24,000 nucleotides of DNA from Solirubrobacterales bacterium. GTDB taxonomy: Bacteria > Actinomycetota > Thermoleophilia > Solirubrobacterales > 70-9. Numbering within the stretch: position 1 is the stretch's first letter; each line of letters opens with the position of its first letter. The notes beneath the pieces are model-generated. The model was not told the origin of the DNA, searched no databases, and was given only the letters and a program-made list of their open reading frames with translations. Position numbers and translations under genes: made by a program. Location of the stretch: positions 21,579 to 45,578 of the forward strand of contig WHSW01000006.1 of the NCBI GenBank assembly GCA_009379895.1, read 5' to 3'. This document shows positions 14,919 through 23,096 of the stretch, in pieces.

Positions 14919-14952
14919 ATGACTAGCGGCCCGCCGCCCGTGGACCGCTAGC

Positions 14953-16221
14953 GTGCTCGACCTGCGGGTGATCCGCGCGGACCCGGGCCCCGCCCGCCGG
15001 GCGCTGGCGCGCCGCGGCGCCGGCGAGGCGCTCGACGAGCTGCTCGAGCTCGACGCTCGCCGGCGCGCCCTGCTGCCCGAGGTCGAGGGCCGCCGCGCGC
15101 GCCAGAACCAGGCCTCGGAGGAGATCGCGGCCCGCAAGCGCTCGGGCGAGGACGCGGCGGAGGTGATCGCCCGGATGCGGTCCGTCTCGGCCGAGCTCAA
15201 GCGGATGCAGGCCGAGCTCGCCGAGGTCGAGGAGCGCCGCGACCGGCTCGCGGCGCAGCTTCCCAACCTTCCCTCGCCACGGGCCCCCGACGGCGAGACC
15301 GAGGACGACGCGGTCGTCGTCCGCGAGGTCGGTGAGCGGCCGAGCTTCGCGTTCGAGGTCCGTGACCACCTCGATCTCGGCACCGAGCACGGTTGGATCG
15401 ACGTCGAGCGGGCGGCCGCGGCGTCGGGGTCGCGCTTCGCCTACCTGCTCGGCGACCTGGTGATGGTCGAGCTGGCGCTGGTCCGGTTCGCCGTCGAGCT
15501 CGCTCGCGGCGAGGGATTCGAGCCGGTCGTGCCCCCGGTCCTGGTTCGCGAGGGGCCGCTCTACGGCACCGGGTTCTTTCCTGGCGAGCGCGAGATGATC
15601 TACGAGGTCGAGCGCGACGAGCTCTTCCTGGTCGGCACCTCCGAGGTCTCGCTCGCGGCGCTGCACGCCGACGAGATCCTCGAGGCGGGCGAGCTGCCGC
15701 TGCGCTACGCGGGGATCTCGACCTGCTTTCGGCGCGAGGCCGGCGCCGCGGGCCGCGACACGCGGGGCATCTTCCGCGTGCACCAGTTCGACAAGGTGGA
15801 GATGTTCTCGTTCGTGGCGCCGGAGCACTCGGACGCCGAGCACCGGCGGATCCTCGCGATCCAGGAGCGGATCATGGCCGCGCTTGAGCTCCCCTACCGC
15901 GTCGTCGATATCCCGGTCGGCGACCTCGGCGCCTCGGCGGCGCGCAAGTTCGACTGCGAGGCCTGGATCCCGAGCCAGGAGCGCTACCGCGAGCTGACCT
16001 CGTGCTCGAACACGACCGACTACCAGGCGCGCCGGCTCGGCGCGCGGTTTCGCCCCGAGCCCACGGCGCCGCCGGCCGCGCTGCACACGCTCAACGGCAC
16101 CGCGGTGGCGGTCGGCCGAACGCTGATCGCGCTGCTCGAGAACCACCAGCGCGAGGACGCGACCGTGCGGCTTCCGCCGGCGCTGGTCGAGGCCGGGGCG
16201 CCCTCGGTGATCCCGGGCTGA
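14953..16221 (+). CDS. serS: Seryl-tRNA synthetase
   Basis: 422 aa with an N-terminal coiled-coil arm and class II motifs (FLVGTSEVSLAALH, YAGISTCFRREAGAAGRDTRGIFRVHQFDKVEMF, TLNGTAVAVGRTLIALLENHQ). The start is a GTG. Confidence 0.95.
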   Translation: MLDLRVIRADPGPARRALARRGAGEALDELLELDARRRALLPEVEGRRARQNQASEEIAARKRSGEDAAEVIARMRSVSAELKRMQAELAEVEERRDRLAAQLPNLPSPRAPDGETEDDAVVVREVGERPSFAFEVRDHLDLGTEHGWIDVERAAAASGSRFAYLLGDLVMVELALVRFAVELARGEGFEPVVPPVLVREGPLYGTGFFPGEREMIYEVERDELFLVGTSEVSLAALHADEILEAGELPLRYAGISTCFRREAGAAGRDTRGIFRVHQFDKVEMFSFVAPEHSDAEHRRILAIQERIMAALELPYRVVDIPVGDLGASAARKFDCEAWIPSQERYRELTSCSNTTDYQARRLGARFRPEPTAPPAALHTLNGTAVAVGRTLIALLENHQREDATVRLPPALVEAGAPSVIPG

Positions 16222-16245
16222 TCGTCGCGGCCGGGGCGGCTGCGG

Positions 16246-16653
16246 TCAGCTCTCCTCGCCGGCGCCCGCGTCGAGGTCGAGCGAGCAGCTGTTGATGCAG
16301 TAGCGCAGCCCGGTCGGATTGGGACCGTCCTCGAACACGTGGCCGAGATGGCTGCCGCAGCGGCTGCAGGTGACCTCGGTCCGGCGCATGAACAGGCTTC
16401 GGTCCTCGACCGTCTCGACGGCGTCGCCCTCGGCCGGCTCGTAGAAGCTCGGCCAGCCGGTGCCGGAGTCGAACTTGGTCTGCGAGTCGAACAGCTCCTG
16501 GCCGCAGGCCCGGCAGCGGTAGACGCCCTCGTCCTTGGAGTCCCAGTAGGCGCCGGTGAAGGCGCGCTCGGTCCCCTTCTCGCGCAGCACCTCGTACTCC
16601 TCGGCCGAGAGCTCGTCCCGCCACTCCGCCTCGGACTTCTTGACCTTCTCCAT
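16246..16653 (-). CDS. msrB: Peptide-methionine (R)-S-oxide reductase MsrB
   Basis: 135 aa with SelR-domain features: two CxxC pairs (CRACG, CSRCG), GTGWPSF, and [10 protein letters not shown]...RYCINS containing the catalytic Cys. A strong SD (AAGAGGAAGGGA) precedes the ATG. Confidence 0.93.
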   Translation of the reverse strand: MEKVKKSEAEWRDELSAEEYEVLREKGTERAFTGAYWDSKDEGVYRCRACGQELFDSQTKFDSGTGWPSFYEPAEGDAVETVEDRSLFMRRTEVTCSRCGSHLGHVFEDGPNPTGLRYCINSCSLDLDAGAGEES

Positions 16654-16750
16654 CGATGTCCCTTCCTCTTCGTCTCTGCTTTAGGTCAGTCGCGCGAGCG
16701 GCGCGATCGTTACGTCGCGGTCCCCTCAAGGGTAGGCCTAGGATGCCCCG

Positions 16751-17605
16751 GTGCTCGACGCCTTCTACGAGCCCGACGGAGAGCGCTTTCGCGCGACGGA
16801 GCTGACCCGCGGACCCTGGGACCCCGACGCCCAGCACGCGGGCCCCCCCGCCGCGCTGCTCGGCCGCGCGATCGAGCTCTGCCCGAGCCCGCTCGCCGAC
16901 CCCGCGGCCCCGTCTGCCTCCCGCCAGGTCGCGCGGGTCACCTTCGAGATCCTGCGGCCGGTGCCGATCGGGGCGCTGACGGTACGCGCCGAGGTCGTGC
17001 GACCGGGGCGCCGGGTCGAGCTGATCTCGGCCTCGCTGGTCGGCGACGGCGAGGAGCTGATGCGGGCCTCGGCGTGGCGGATCGGCGCCGGCGGCGTCGA
17101 CCTGCCCGCCGGCCTGGCGAGCGAGGAGCGGGGGAGCCCCGCGCGTCGCGCCGAGGCCCTGCCGGGCCCCGAGCGGGGTGTCGAGGAGGACTTCTTCGCC
17201 ACCGGCGAGCGGGTCGGCTTCCACACGGCGATGGAGTTCCGGTTCGTCCGCGGGCGCTTCCTCGACCTCGGCCCCGCGACGGTCTGGATGCGCCCCCGCC
17301 ACGCGCTCGTTGCCGGCGAGCTGCTCTCGCCCCTGCAGCGGGTGGTGATCGCCGCCGACTCGGGCAACGGGGTCAGCGCCGCGCTCGACTGGGGGCGCTT
17401 CACCTTCATCAACGTCGACCTCGGCGTGCACCTGCACCGGCTCCCGGCGGGGGAGTGGGTCTGCGTCGACGCGGTCACCGTCCCCGAGCCGAGCGGGATC
17501 GGCCTCGCCGACTCGACCCTGCACGACGAGCTCGGGCCGCTCGGCAGGGCGCTGCAGACCCTGCTCGTCCGCGAGCGCCCAACCCCGCCCGCGACTGCTC
17601 CCTAG
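16751..17605 (+). CDS. Acyl-CoA thioesterase-like (double hotdog, TesB-like) family protein
   Basis: 284 aa. The N-terminus (FRATELTRGPWDPDAQHAGPPAALLGRA...VTFEILRPVP) and C-terminus (FINVDLGVHLHRLPAGEWVCVDAVT...GIGLADSTLHDELGPLGRALQTLLV) match the pattern of actinobacterial thioesterase-like proteins. The assignment is from memory of the family, not from a search. Confidence 0.6.
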   Translation: MLDAFYEPDGERFRATELTRGPWDPDAQHAGPPAALLGRAIELCPSPLADPAAPSASRQVARVTFEILRPVPIGALTVRAEVVRPGRRVELISASLVGDGEELMRASAWRIGAGGVDLPAGLASEERGSPARRAEALPGPERGVEEDFFATGERVGFHTAMEFRFVRGRFLDLGPATVWMRPRHALVAGELLSPLQRVVIAADSGNGVSAALDWGRFTFINVDLGVHLHRLPAGEWVCVDAVTVPEPSGIGLADSTLHDELGPLGRALQTLLVRERPTPPATAP

Positions 17606-17635
17606 CTCGCCCCACCCGACTACTCTCCCGGAGGG

Positions 17636-18280
17636 ATGCAGGAGCCCGGCGGGATCAGGATCGTGCTGGCCGATGACCACACCGTCGTGCGCAGCGCCCT
17701 GCGGCTGCTCCTCGAGTCCGAGGAGGGGCTCGAGGTGGTCGCCGAGGCCGGCGACACCGAGTCCACCGGCCGCTACGTTCGGGCCCACAAGCCTGACGTG
17801 CTGATCCTCGACCTCAACATGCCCGGCGGCTCGAGCCTCGCCACGGTCCCGGACCTGCTCGAGACCTCGCCCGAGACCGCGATCGTCGTGCTCACCATGC
17901 AGCCCGAGCCCTCCTTCGCGCGCCAGGCGATGCAGCTCGGCGTCCGCGGCTACGTCGTCAAGGACGCGGTCGACGACCAGCTGGTGACCGCCGTGCGGGT
18001 GGCAGCCGAGGGCGGGACGTACCTGCAGCCCGAGCTCGGGGCGCGGCTCGCCGCCGACCAGGGCGAGACCCCCGACGACCTCTCCGAGCGCGAGATCGAG
18101 ATCCTGCGCATGATCGCCCTTGGCCACACCAACTCCGAGATCGCCGAGCAGCTCTTCCTCAGCGTGCGCACCGTGGAGTCGCACCGGGCGCACATCCAGC
18201 AGAAGCTGCGGCTCTCGAAGCGCTCCGAGCTGGTCCGCTACGCCCTCGATCGCGGCCTGATCGACGGGACGGCGGGCTGA
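17636..18280 (+). CDS. NarL/FixJ (LuxR-type HTH) response regulator
   Basis: Receiver domain (IRIVLADDHTVVRSALRLLL...PDVLILDLNMPG...VVLTMQ...GYVVKD) plus a LuxR HTH (LSEREIEILRMIALGHTNSEIAEQLFLSVRTVESHRAHIQQKL). A GGAGGG SD is present. There is no adjacent histidine kinase in the window. Confidence 0.9.
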   Translation: MQEPGGIRIVLADDHTVVRSALRLLLESEEGLEVVAEAGDTESTGRYVRAHKPDVLILDLNMPGGSSLATVPDLLETSPETAIVVLTMQPEPSFARQAMQLGVRGYVVKDAVDDQLVTAVRVAAEGGTYLQPELGARLAADQGETPDDLSEREIEILRMIALGHTNSEIAEQLFLSVRTVESHRAHIQQKLRLSKRSELVRYALDRGLIDGTAG

Positions 18281-18392
18281 CCTGCCGGCGGGCCGCGCGG
18301 GCCGCGCGAACCGCGCTGGTCGGTCCGCCGCGCGTGACAAGCTGCCCGCAGCAGCGTGACGGCGGCGTCGCGCGTCGATCGAAGGAGGGGTA

Positions 18393-18968
18393 GTGGTGGA
18401 CGGCTCGGTCGGTGAGCGCGAGGCCCGCGAGGCGCTGCGGGGGGTCGCGGGCATGTGGTGGCTGTGGATCGTGTTCGGGATCTTCTGGATCGGCGTCTCG
18501 GTCGTCATCCTGCAGTTCGATCAGGCGTCGATCACGACGGTGGGAGTGCTGATCGGGATCATGTTCCTGGTCACCGCGCTGGAGAGCTTCATCGTCATGG
18601 CGTTCGCCGAGCGCGGCAGATGGCTGTACGGGATCTTCGGCGTGCTGTTCGTGATCGCCGGCGTGATCGCGCTGATCAGCCCCAAGAACACCTTCGCGGC
18701 GCTCGCCGACATCCTCGGCTTCCTGTTCTTGCTGGTCGGCCTGTTCTGGGTCGTGCAGGCGTTCATCGCGCGGGAACTCAACGAGCTCTGGTGGCTCGGG
18801 CTCCTGGCAGGGATCCTGATGGTGGTCCTGGCCTTCTGGACCGGGGGCCAGTTCTTCATCGAGAAGGCCTACGTGCTCCTCGTCTTCGCCGGCATCTGGG
18901 CGCTGATGCAGGGGGTCACCGACCTCGTGCGCGCCTTTCAGATCAGGAAGCTGGGCGAGCTCGCCTGA
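18393..18968 (+). CDS. HdeD/DUF308-family membrane protein
   Basis: 191 aa with six hydrophobic helices and repeated WW.G..G...I..G motifs (WWLWIVFGIFWIGVSVVIL, WLYGIFGVLFVIAGVIALI, WWLGLLAGILMVVLAFW). A GAAGGAGGGG SD is followed by a GTG at 18393 or 18396. Confidence 0.75.
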   Translation: MVDGSVGEREAREALRGVAGMWWLWIVFGIFWIGVSVVILQFDQASITTVGVLIGIMFLVTALESFIVMAFAERGRWLYGIFGVLFVIAGVIALISPKNTFAALADILGFLFLLVGLFWVVQAFIARELNELWWLGLLAGILMVVLAFWTGGQFFIEKAYVLLVFAGIWALMQGVTDLVRAFQIRKLGELA

Positions 18969-18979
18969 GCCGCTGAGGG

Positions 18980-19864
18980 TCAGCGGTCCTCGGCGCGCTC
19001 GAGCTCGGCGTTGAGCTCGGCGCCGTAGAGCATCGCGAGGTTGCTCAGCCAGAGCCAGAAGAAGAAGCCGATCACCGCGGTGAGCCCGCCGTAGACGTGG
19101 TTGTAGTTCGGCACGGTGGCGATGTACGCCCCGTACCCACCCGAGCCGAGCACCCAGGCGCCGGTCGCGACCAGGCCCCCGGGGGTGATCCACCGAAAGC
19201 CGCGGCCGCGGCTGTCGGGGGCCGCCCAGTAGAGGGTGGCGAAGATCGTCATCACGACGATCGCGATCACCGGCCACTTGACGATGTCCCACGCCGTGCT
19301 CCAGGCGCTCTCGAGGCCGACGAGGCTGGCGACCTCGTCGGCGAGCGCGCCGGTGACGACCACGGCGAGCGCAATCCCCGCGATCGCCAGGATCACCCCG
19401 CCGGTGGTCAGAATCTGCAGGGGGCGCAGCTTCCAGAACGGGTAGCGGACCTCGCGGTCGTTGATGACGCCGGACGCGCGCATGAAGCCGCCCACATAGC
19501 TCGAGGCGCTCCACAGGGCGCCGACGATCCCGACCACCACCGCGATCCCGGCGGTCGTCGGGCTGTCGCGGACCTGGTCGATGGTGCCGAGGGCGATCTG
19601 GCGCGCGGGACCGGGGTCGCCCGCCTTCAGGTTGTCGCTCAGCGTGTCGAGCGCCGGGTCGCCGATCAGGCCGAGGATCCCGGCCAGGATCACCAGCGCG
19701 GGGACCAGCGAGACGGCGGCATAGAACGTGAGCGCGGCGCCCCAGTCGTTGAGGTGGTGCTCGAAGAAGCGCTCCATCGTGCGACGCAGCGCCCGCAGGT
19801 CGACGCTACCCACGCGCAGGCGGTCGCCCAGGTTGGCCGCGCGCTCGCGAAGCGGCGCGCTCAA
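18980..19864 (-). CDS. YihY/BrkB-family membrane protein
   Basis: Family-typical N-terminus (LRALRRTMERFFEHHLNDWGAALTFYAAVSLVPALV) and C-terminus (VYGGLTAVIGFFFWLWLSNLAMLYGAELNAEL). The start is uncertain: TTG 19864 (TTGA overlap with the upstream stop), GTG 19813 or ATG 19777. The rest of the 680-aa track ORF is out-of-frame read-through. Confidence 0.8.
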   Translation of the reverse strand: MSAPLRERAANLGDRLRVGSVDLRALRRTMERFFEHHLNDWGAALTFYAAVSLVPALVILAGILGLIGDPALDTLSDNLKAGDPGPARQIALGTIDQVRDSPTTAGIAVVVGIVGALWSASSYVGGFMRASGVINDREVRYPFWKLRPLQILTTGGVILAIAGIALAVVVTGALADEVASLVGLESAWSTAWDIVKWPVIAIVVMTIFATLYWAAPDSRGRGFRWITPGGLVATGAWVLGSGGYGAYIATVPNYNHVYGGLTAVIGFFFWLWLSNLAMLYGAELNAELERAEDR

Positions 19865-21003
19865 CCCGCCGCGCTCGCGCGGCCGGTGCCGAGCTCGCGC
19901 ACGATCTGGCGCCGCAGCGCCTCGGTCCCGATCGCCACCAGGGCGATCAGCACCAGCGAGGGCACCAGGCGATGGGTGGCCTGCGTCGGGCCCCACCAGA
20001 AGAAGAGCAGCAGCGCCACGGCGGCGCCCCCGAAGGCGATCTCGGGTCGCCGCGCGTAGGGGGCGATCGCGCCGCGCGCCGCGCGCGCCCAGCGGGCCGG
20101 GCCCGCGAACCACGCCGCGAGCACGATCAGCACCCCATAGATGAGCAGCGCCTGGCCGAGCTCCTCGAGTTGCGAGGTGCCGATCGTCCAGGTCGCGTTG
20201 ACCGCCGGCTCGGAGCTCGTCGTGCGGGCCAGCGACTCGGTCAGCAGCTGGCCGGCCCGATCGCGCCCGAACAGCACCAGCGCGCCGACGACCGCGAGGC
20301 CGATCCCGGCGGCGCGCAGGGCCTGGCGCCGTCGCCCGCGGGCGAGGTAGACCGCGAGCGCGAAGAGGGCGAGCGTGATCGCCGAGAGGATGTAGGCGGC
20401 ACCGCGCAGCAGCCGCACGCCGGTCTGCGCGGCCGAGAGCTGATCGGCGCCCAGGATCTGAAGCTGGGCCGCGTCGGGCGGGATCCTCGCCACCAGCTTC
20501 TCGCCGAAGCCGAGCTCGGCGGTGAGCTGCTCGAGGAGCGCGCGCAGGTCGAGGACGACCGCGCCGTCGGTGGTGGTCAGGTTCTCGCCGCCGTTCTCGA
20601 CCACGGCCAGGAACCGCTCGTGCGCGGCGCGATTGGCGGCCTCCCAGAGCTCCTGGACGCGGGGGTTCTCGAGCACCTTGCGGGTCACGTCGCCGACCGC
20701 CGACCGCAGCGCCGAGGAGATCGGGCCCGCGAGCTGCGCCAGCGCCGGCGGCAGGCGGTTCGAGAGCTCGGCCTCGACGTCGACGTTCGCGTAGAGCTCG
20801 TTGACGAGGAAGTCGGCGAGCGCATCGCGGATCGGCTCGTTCTCGAGCAGGCTGGCGCTGGTCTCGACCCAGCTGTTCGTCTCCAGGGCCTGGCGCTTCG
20901 CCCAGACCGCGAACGCGGAGACCAGGAGCAGCAGCGAGGCGACGACGACCAGCGCGATCGGCAACGTCCGGCGTACCTTCTCGCTCGCGGGCTTTGCGGC
21001 CAT
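19861..21003 (-). CDS. Hypothetical integral membrane protein (N-terminal anchor, extracytoplasmic helical domain, C-terminal TM bundle)
   Basis: 380 aa. TM segments are LPIALVVVASLLLLVSAFAVW, AAYILSAITLALFALAVYL, GIGLAVVGALVLF, LLIYGVLIVLAAWF, GGAAVALLLFFWW and LVPSLVLIALVAIG. It is tightly linked to the yihY-like gene. I recognise no family. Confidence 0.7.
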   Translation of the reverse strand: MAAKPASEKVRRTLPIALVVVASLLLLVSAFAVWAKRQALETNSWVETSASLLENEPIRDALADFLVNELYANVDVEAELSNRLPPALAQLAGPISSALRSAVGDVTRKVLENPRVQELWEAANRAAHERFLAVVENGGENLTTTDGAVVLDLRALLEQLTAELGFGEKLVARIPPDAAQLQILGADQLSAAQTGVRLLRGAAYILSAITLALFALAVYLARGRRRQALRAAGIGLAVVGALVLFGRDRAGQLLTESLARTTSSEPAVNATWTIGTSQLEELGQALLIYGVLIVLAAWFAGPARWARAARGAIAPYARRPEIAFGGAAVALLLFFWWGPTQATHRLVPSLVLIALVAIGTEALRRQIVRELGTGRASAAG

Positions 21004-21018
21004 CGGTCGGCCAGTCTC

Positions 21019-21933
21019 TCACCGTCGGGACGGCTGCGCCCGGCGCGCGGCCGGCTCGGTGACGCGCTTGCGCGCGGGTAGCCGCCGCCGGCGAGCGTCT
21101 CGGCGACCAGCCGCTCGCTCAGCTCCCGCAGCCGCCGCTGCGCCTCGCGGTCGGTCGCCTGCGGGTTCGGATCGGCCTCGCGGGAGCGATCGTAGAAGCC
21201 GCCGCTGCGGCCCTCGAGCTCGGGGTCGAGGCCGAGACGCAGGACCGAGTCGGTGCCGGTCTCGATGCTGTCGACCGATTCGCCGCGCTCGGCGAGGACG
21301 ATCTTGGTCGGCATGTAGGTGCCGGGGTGCAGGCTGTTGACGCTCAGCTCGGCGGCGGGCAGCCGCCCGGCGAGGTCGGCGGTGTGGATGACCTGGGCGA
21401 GCTTCGACCGCGAGTAGGCGCGCGTGCCGTCGTAGCCGCGGGTCAGCATCGGGTCCTCGAAGTCGATCGGGTACTGGCCGAGCGAGGCGACGTTGACGAT
21501 CCGCGCCGGCGCGCTGCCGCGCAGCAGCCCGAGCAGCCGCTCGGTGAGCAGGAACGGGGCCAGGTAGTTGACCGCGAAGCGCAGCTCGTGGCCGTCGTGG
21601 CTCTCTTGGCGCCCGCGGCCCTCGGGCCGCCCGCCCCCGATCCCGGCGTTGTTGATCAGCAGGTGCAGGTTGGGCACCGAGCGCTCGACAGCCTCGGCGA
21701 GCGCGGCGACCCGGGCGAGCTCGGCGAAGTCGGCGAGTCGCGCCTCGACCCGTTCGTTGGCGGTCTCCGCGCGCAGCTCGGCGACGGTTCGCTCGAGGCG
21801 CTCGGGGTCGCGCCCATGGGCGAGCACGGTCGCACCGCGAGCGGCCAGCTCGCGGGCGACGGCGCGTCCGAGGCCGTCCGTCGCCGCCGGTGACGAGGGC
21901 GACCGTCTCGTCGGTCGGCCGCCGGCTCGCCAT
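21019..21933 (-). pseudogene. SDR-family NAD(P)-dependent oxidoreductase with an apparent frameshift
   Basis: The ATG 21933 frame gives MASRRPTDETVALVTG and then nonsense. The +1 frame continues with ATDGLGRAVARELAARGATVLAHGRD...NNAGIG...YSRSK...LHPG. The switch is at the accggcggcgacgg run near 21886. The body frame has no stop until 20685, whereas the start frame stops at 21019, so a second shift near the gccggcggcggc run (~21090) is suspected. Confidence 0.7.
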
Positions 21934-21961
21934 CGGCTGCTCGCTGCTCGGATCGGGTGGG

Positions 21962-22912
21962 TCAGGCGGCGTCGCGCCAGAGCGAGAGCGCGTCGTCGTC
22001 GGCCAGGCGCCGCAGCGCGCTCGCCTCGAGGCGCCGCGCTCGCTCCTGGGTCACGCCGGCGGCCCGCGCCGCGTCGCGAAGCGAGCTCTCCGGGCGTCCG
22101 CCGGTCCCGAACCGCGCCTGGATGATCTGCCGCTCCTCGTCGGGCAGCTTGGCCAGCGCGGCGTCGACCGCGGACTCCTGCTCGCGCTCGAGCACCTCGT
22201 CCTCGAGGTCGGCGGTGCTCTCGGCGCGCAGCTCGCCGAAGGTCGTGTCGCCGTCGCCGACCGGCGCGTCGAGGCTGCTGGTGACGCGGGTCAGGTCGCG
22301 CACGGCCATCACCTCGTCGAGCGGCACCCGCGACTTGCGGGCCACCTCCTCGTCGGTGGGCTCGCGGTTGAGCTCGGTGGTCAGCTCGCTGGTCACGCGG
22401 TTGACCGTCCGCTCGCGCTGGGCGACGTGCGCCGGGATGCGCACCGGCCGGCCGGTGTTGTCGAGCCCGCGCTGGATCGACTGCTTGATCCACAGCACCG
22501 CGTAGGTCGAGAACTTGTAGCCGCGGCGCCAGTCGAACTTCTCGGCGGCGCGGATCAGCCCGAGCATGGCCTCCTGGATCAGGTCGCCGAGCGCCAGGCC
22601 GTGGCCCTGGTAGCGGCGCGCGAACTTGATCACCAGCCGCAGGTTCGAGTTGATCATCCGCTCCTTGGCGGCCAGGTCGCCGCGCTCGATCCGCTTCGCG
22701 AGCTCGATCTCCTCCGCCGCGGTGAGCAGCGGGTAGCGCATCGCCTGGTTGATGAACAGCTGCAGGCTGTCGGTCGTCGGCTCGGCCTCGTGCACGTCGC
22801 GACGAGTCGTCGCGCGCGCCTGGCTCGATACCGCTGAAGTCTGGTTCTTGTGGTCGCCGCGTCGGCGGCGGATCTGATCGCGCTGCGATGCAGCGCCCCT
22901 CTGGCGAGGCAT
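21962..22912 (-). CDS. RpoD-family (group 1/2-like) sigma-70 factor
   Basis: 316 aa with regions 1.2-2.4 (DSLQLFINQAMRYPLLTAAEEIELAKRIERGD, NLRLVIKFARRYQGHGLALGDLIQEAMLGLIRAAEKFDWRRGYKFSTYAVLWIKQSI), region 3 and region 4 (LPDEERQIIQARFG...LRDAARAAGVTQERARRLEASALRRL). A GGGAGA SD is present. Confidence 0.92.
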   Translation of the reverse strand: MPRQRGAASQRDQIRRRRGDHKNQTSAVSSQARATTRRDVHEAEPTTDSLQLFINQAMRYPLLTAAEEIELAKRIERGDLAAKERMINSNLRLVIKFARRYQGHGLALGDLIQEAMLGLIRAAEKFDWRRGYKFSTYAVLWIKQSIQRGLDNTGRPVRIPAHVAQRERTVNRVTSELTTELNREPTDEEVARKSRVPLDEVMAVRDLTRVTSSLDAPVGDGDTTFGELRAESTADLEDEVLEREQESAVDAALAKLPDEERQIIQARFGTGGRPESSLRDAARAAGVTQERARRLEASALRRLADDDALSLWRDAA

Positions 22913-22975
22913 CCGTCTCCCTTCGATGGAGTGGTGGTGGTCCTGGTCCCTAACTACGCAACCCTGGCTTCATAA

Positions 22976-23004
22976 AGTATAGCGATAGATCGTTGATCGT
23001 GCAA
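22976..23004 (-). promoter_or_regulatory. Sigma-70-type promoter of the sigma factor gene
   Basis: On the minus strand: TTGCAC (23004..22999), a 17-nt spacer, then TATACT (22981..22976). It sits in the only AT-enriched stretch of the region. The predicted TSS near 22969 gives a ~57-nt leader. Confidence 0.6.
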
Positions 23005-23096
23005 GCACCTCGTCTACCCCGAGGCGCCTCGTCTTCCCGAGCCCGAATCCCACCGGTCCGGCCGAGCGGGCCGATCCGGCGCTCCAGAGCCCTTTT

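Noticed and set aside
18332-18378. GCGTGAC repeated 22 nt apart (18332..18338 and 18354..18360), plus GCGTCGC and GCGTCGA, between the response regulator gene and the hdeD-like gene. These might be regulator binding sites.
   Set aside because: Seven-mers built from GCG and GTC are common in DNA this GC-rich. There is no palindromic or NarL-type heptamer character. This is not distinguishable from chance by eye.
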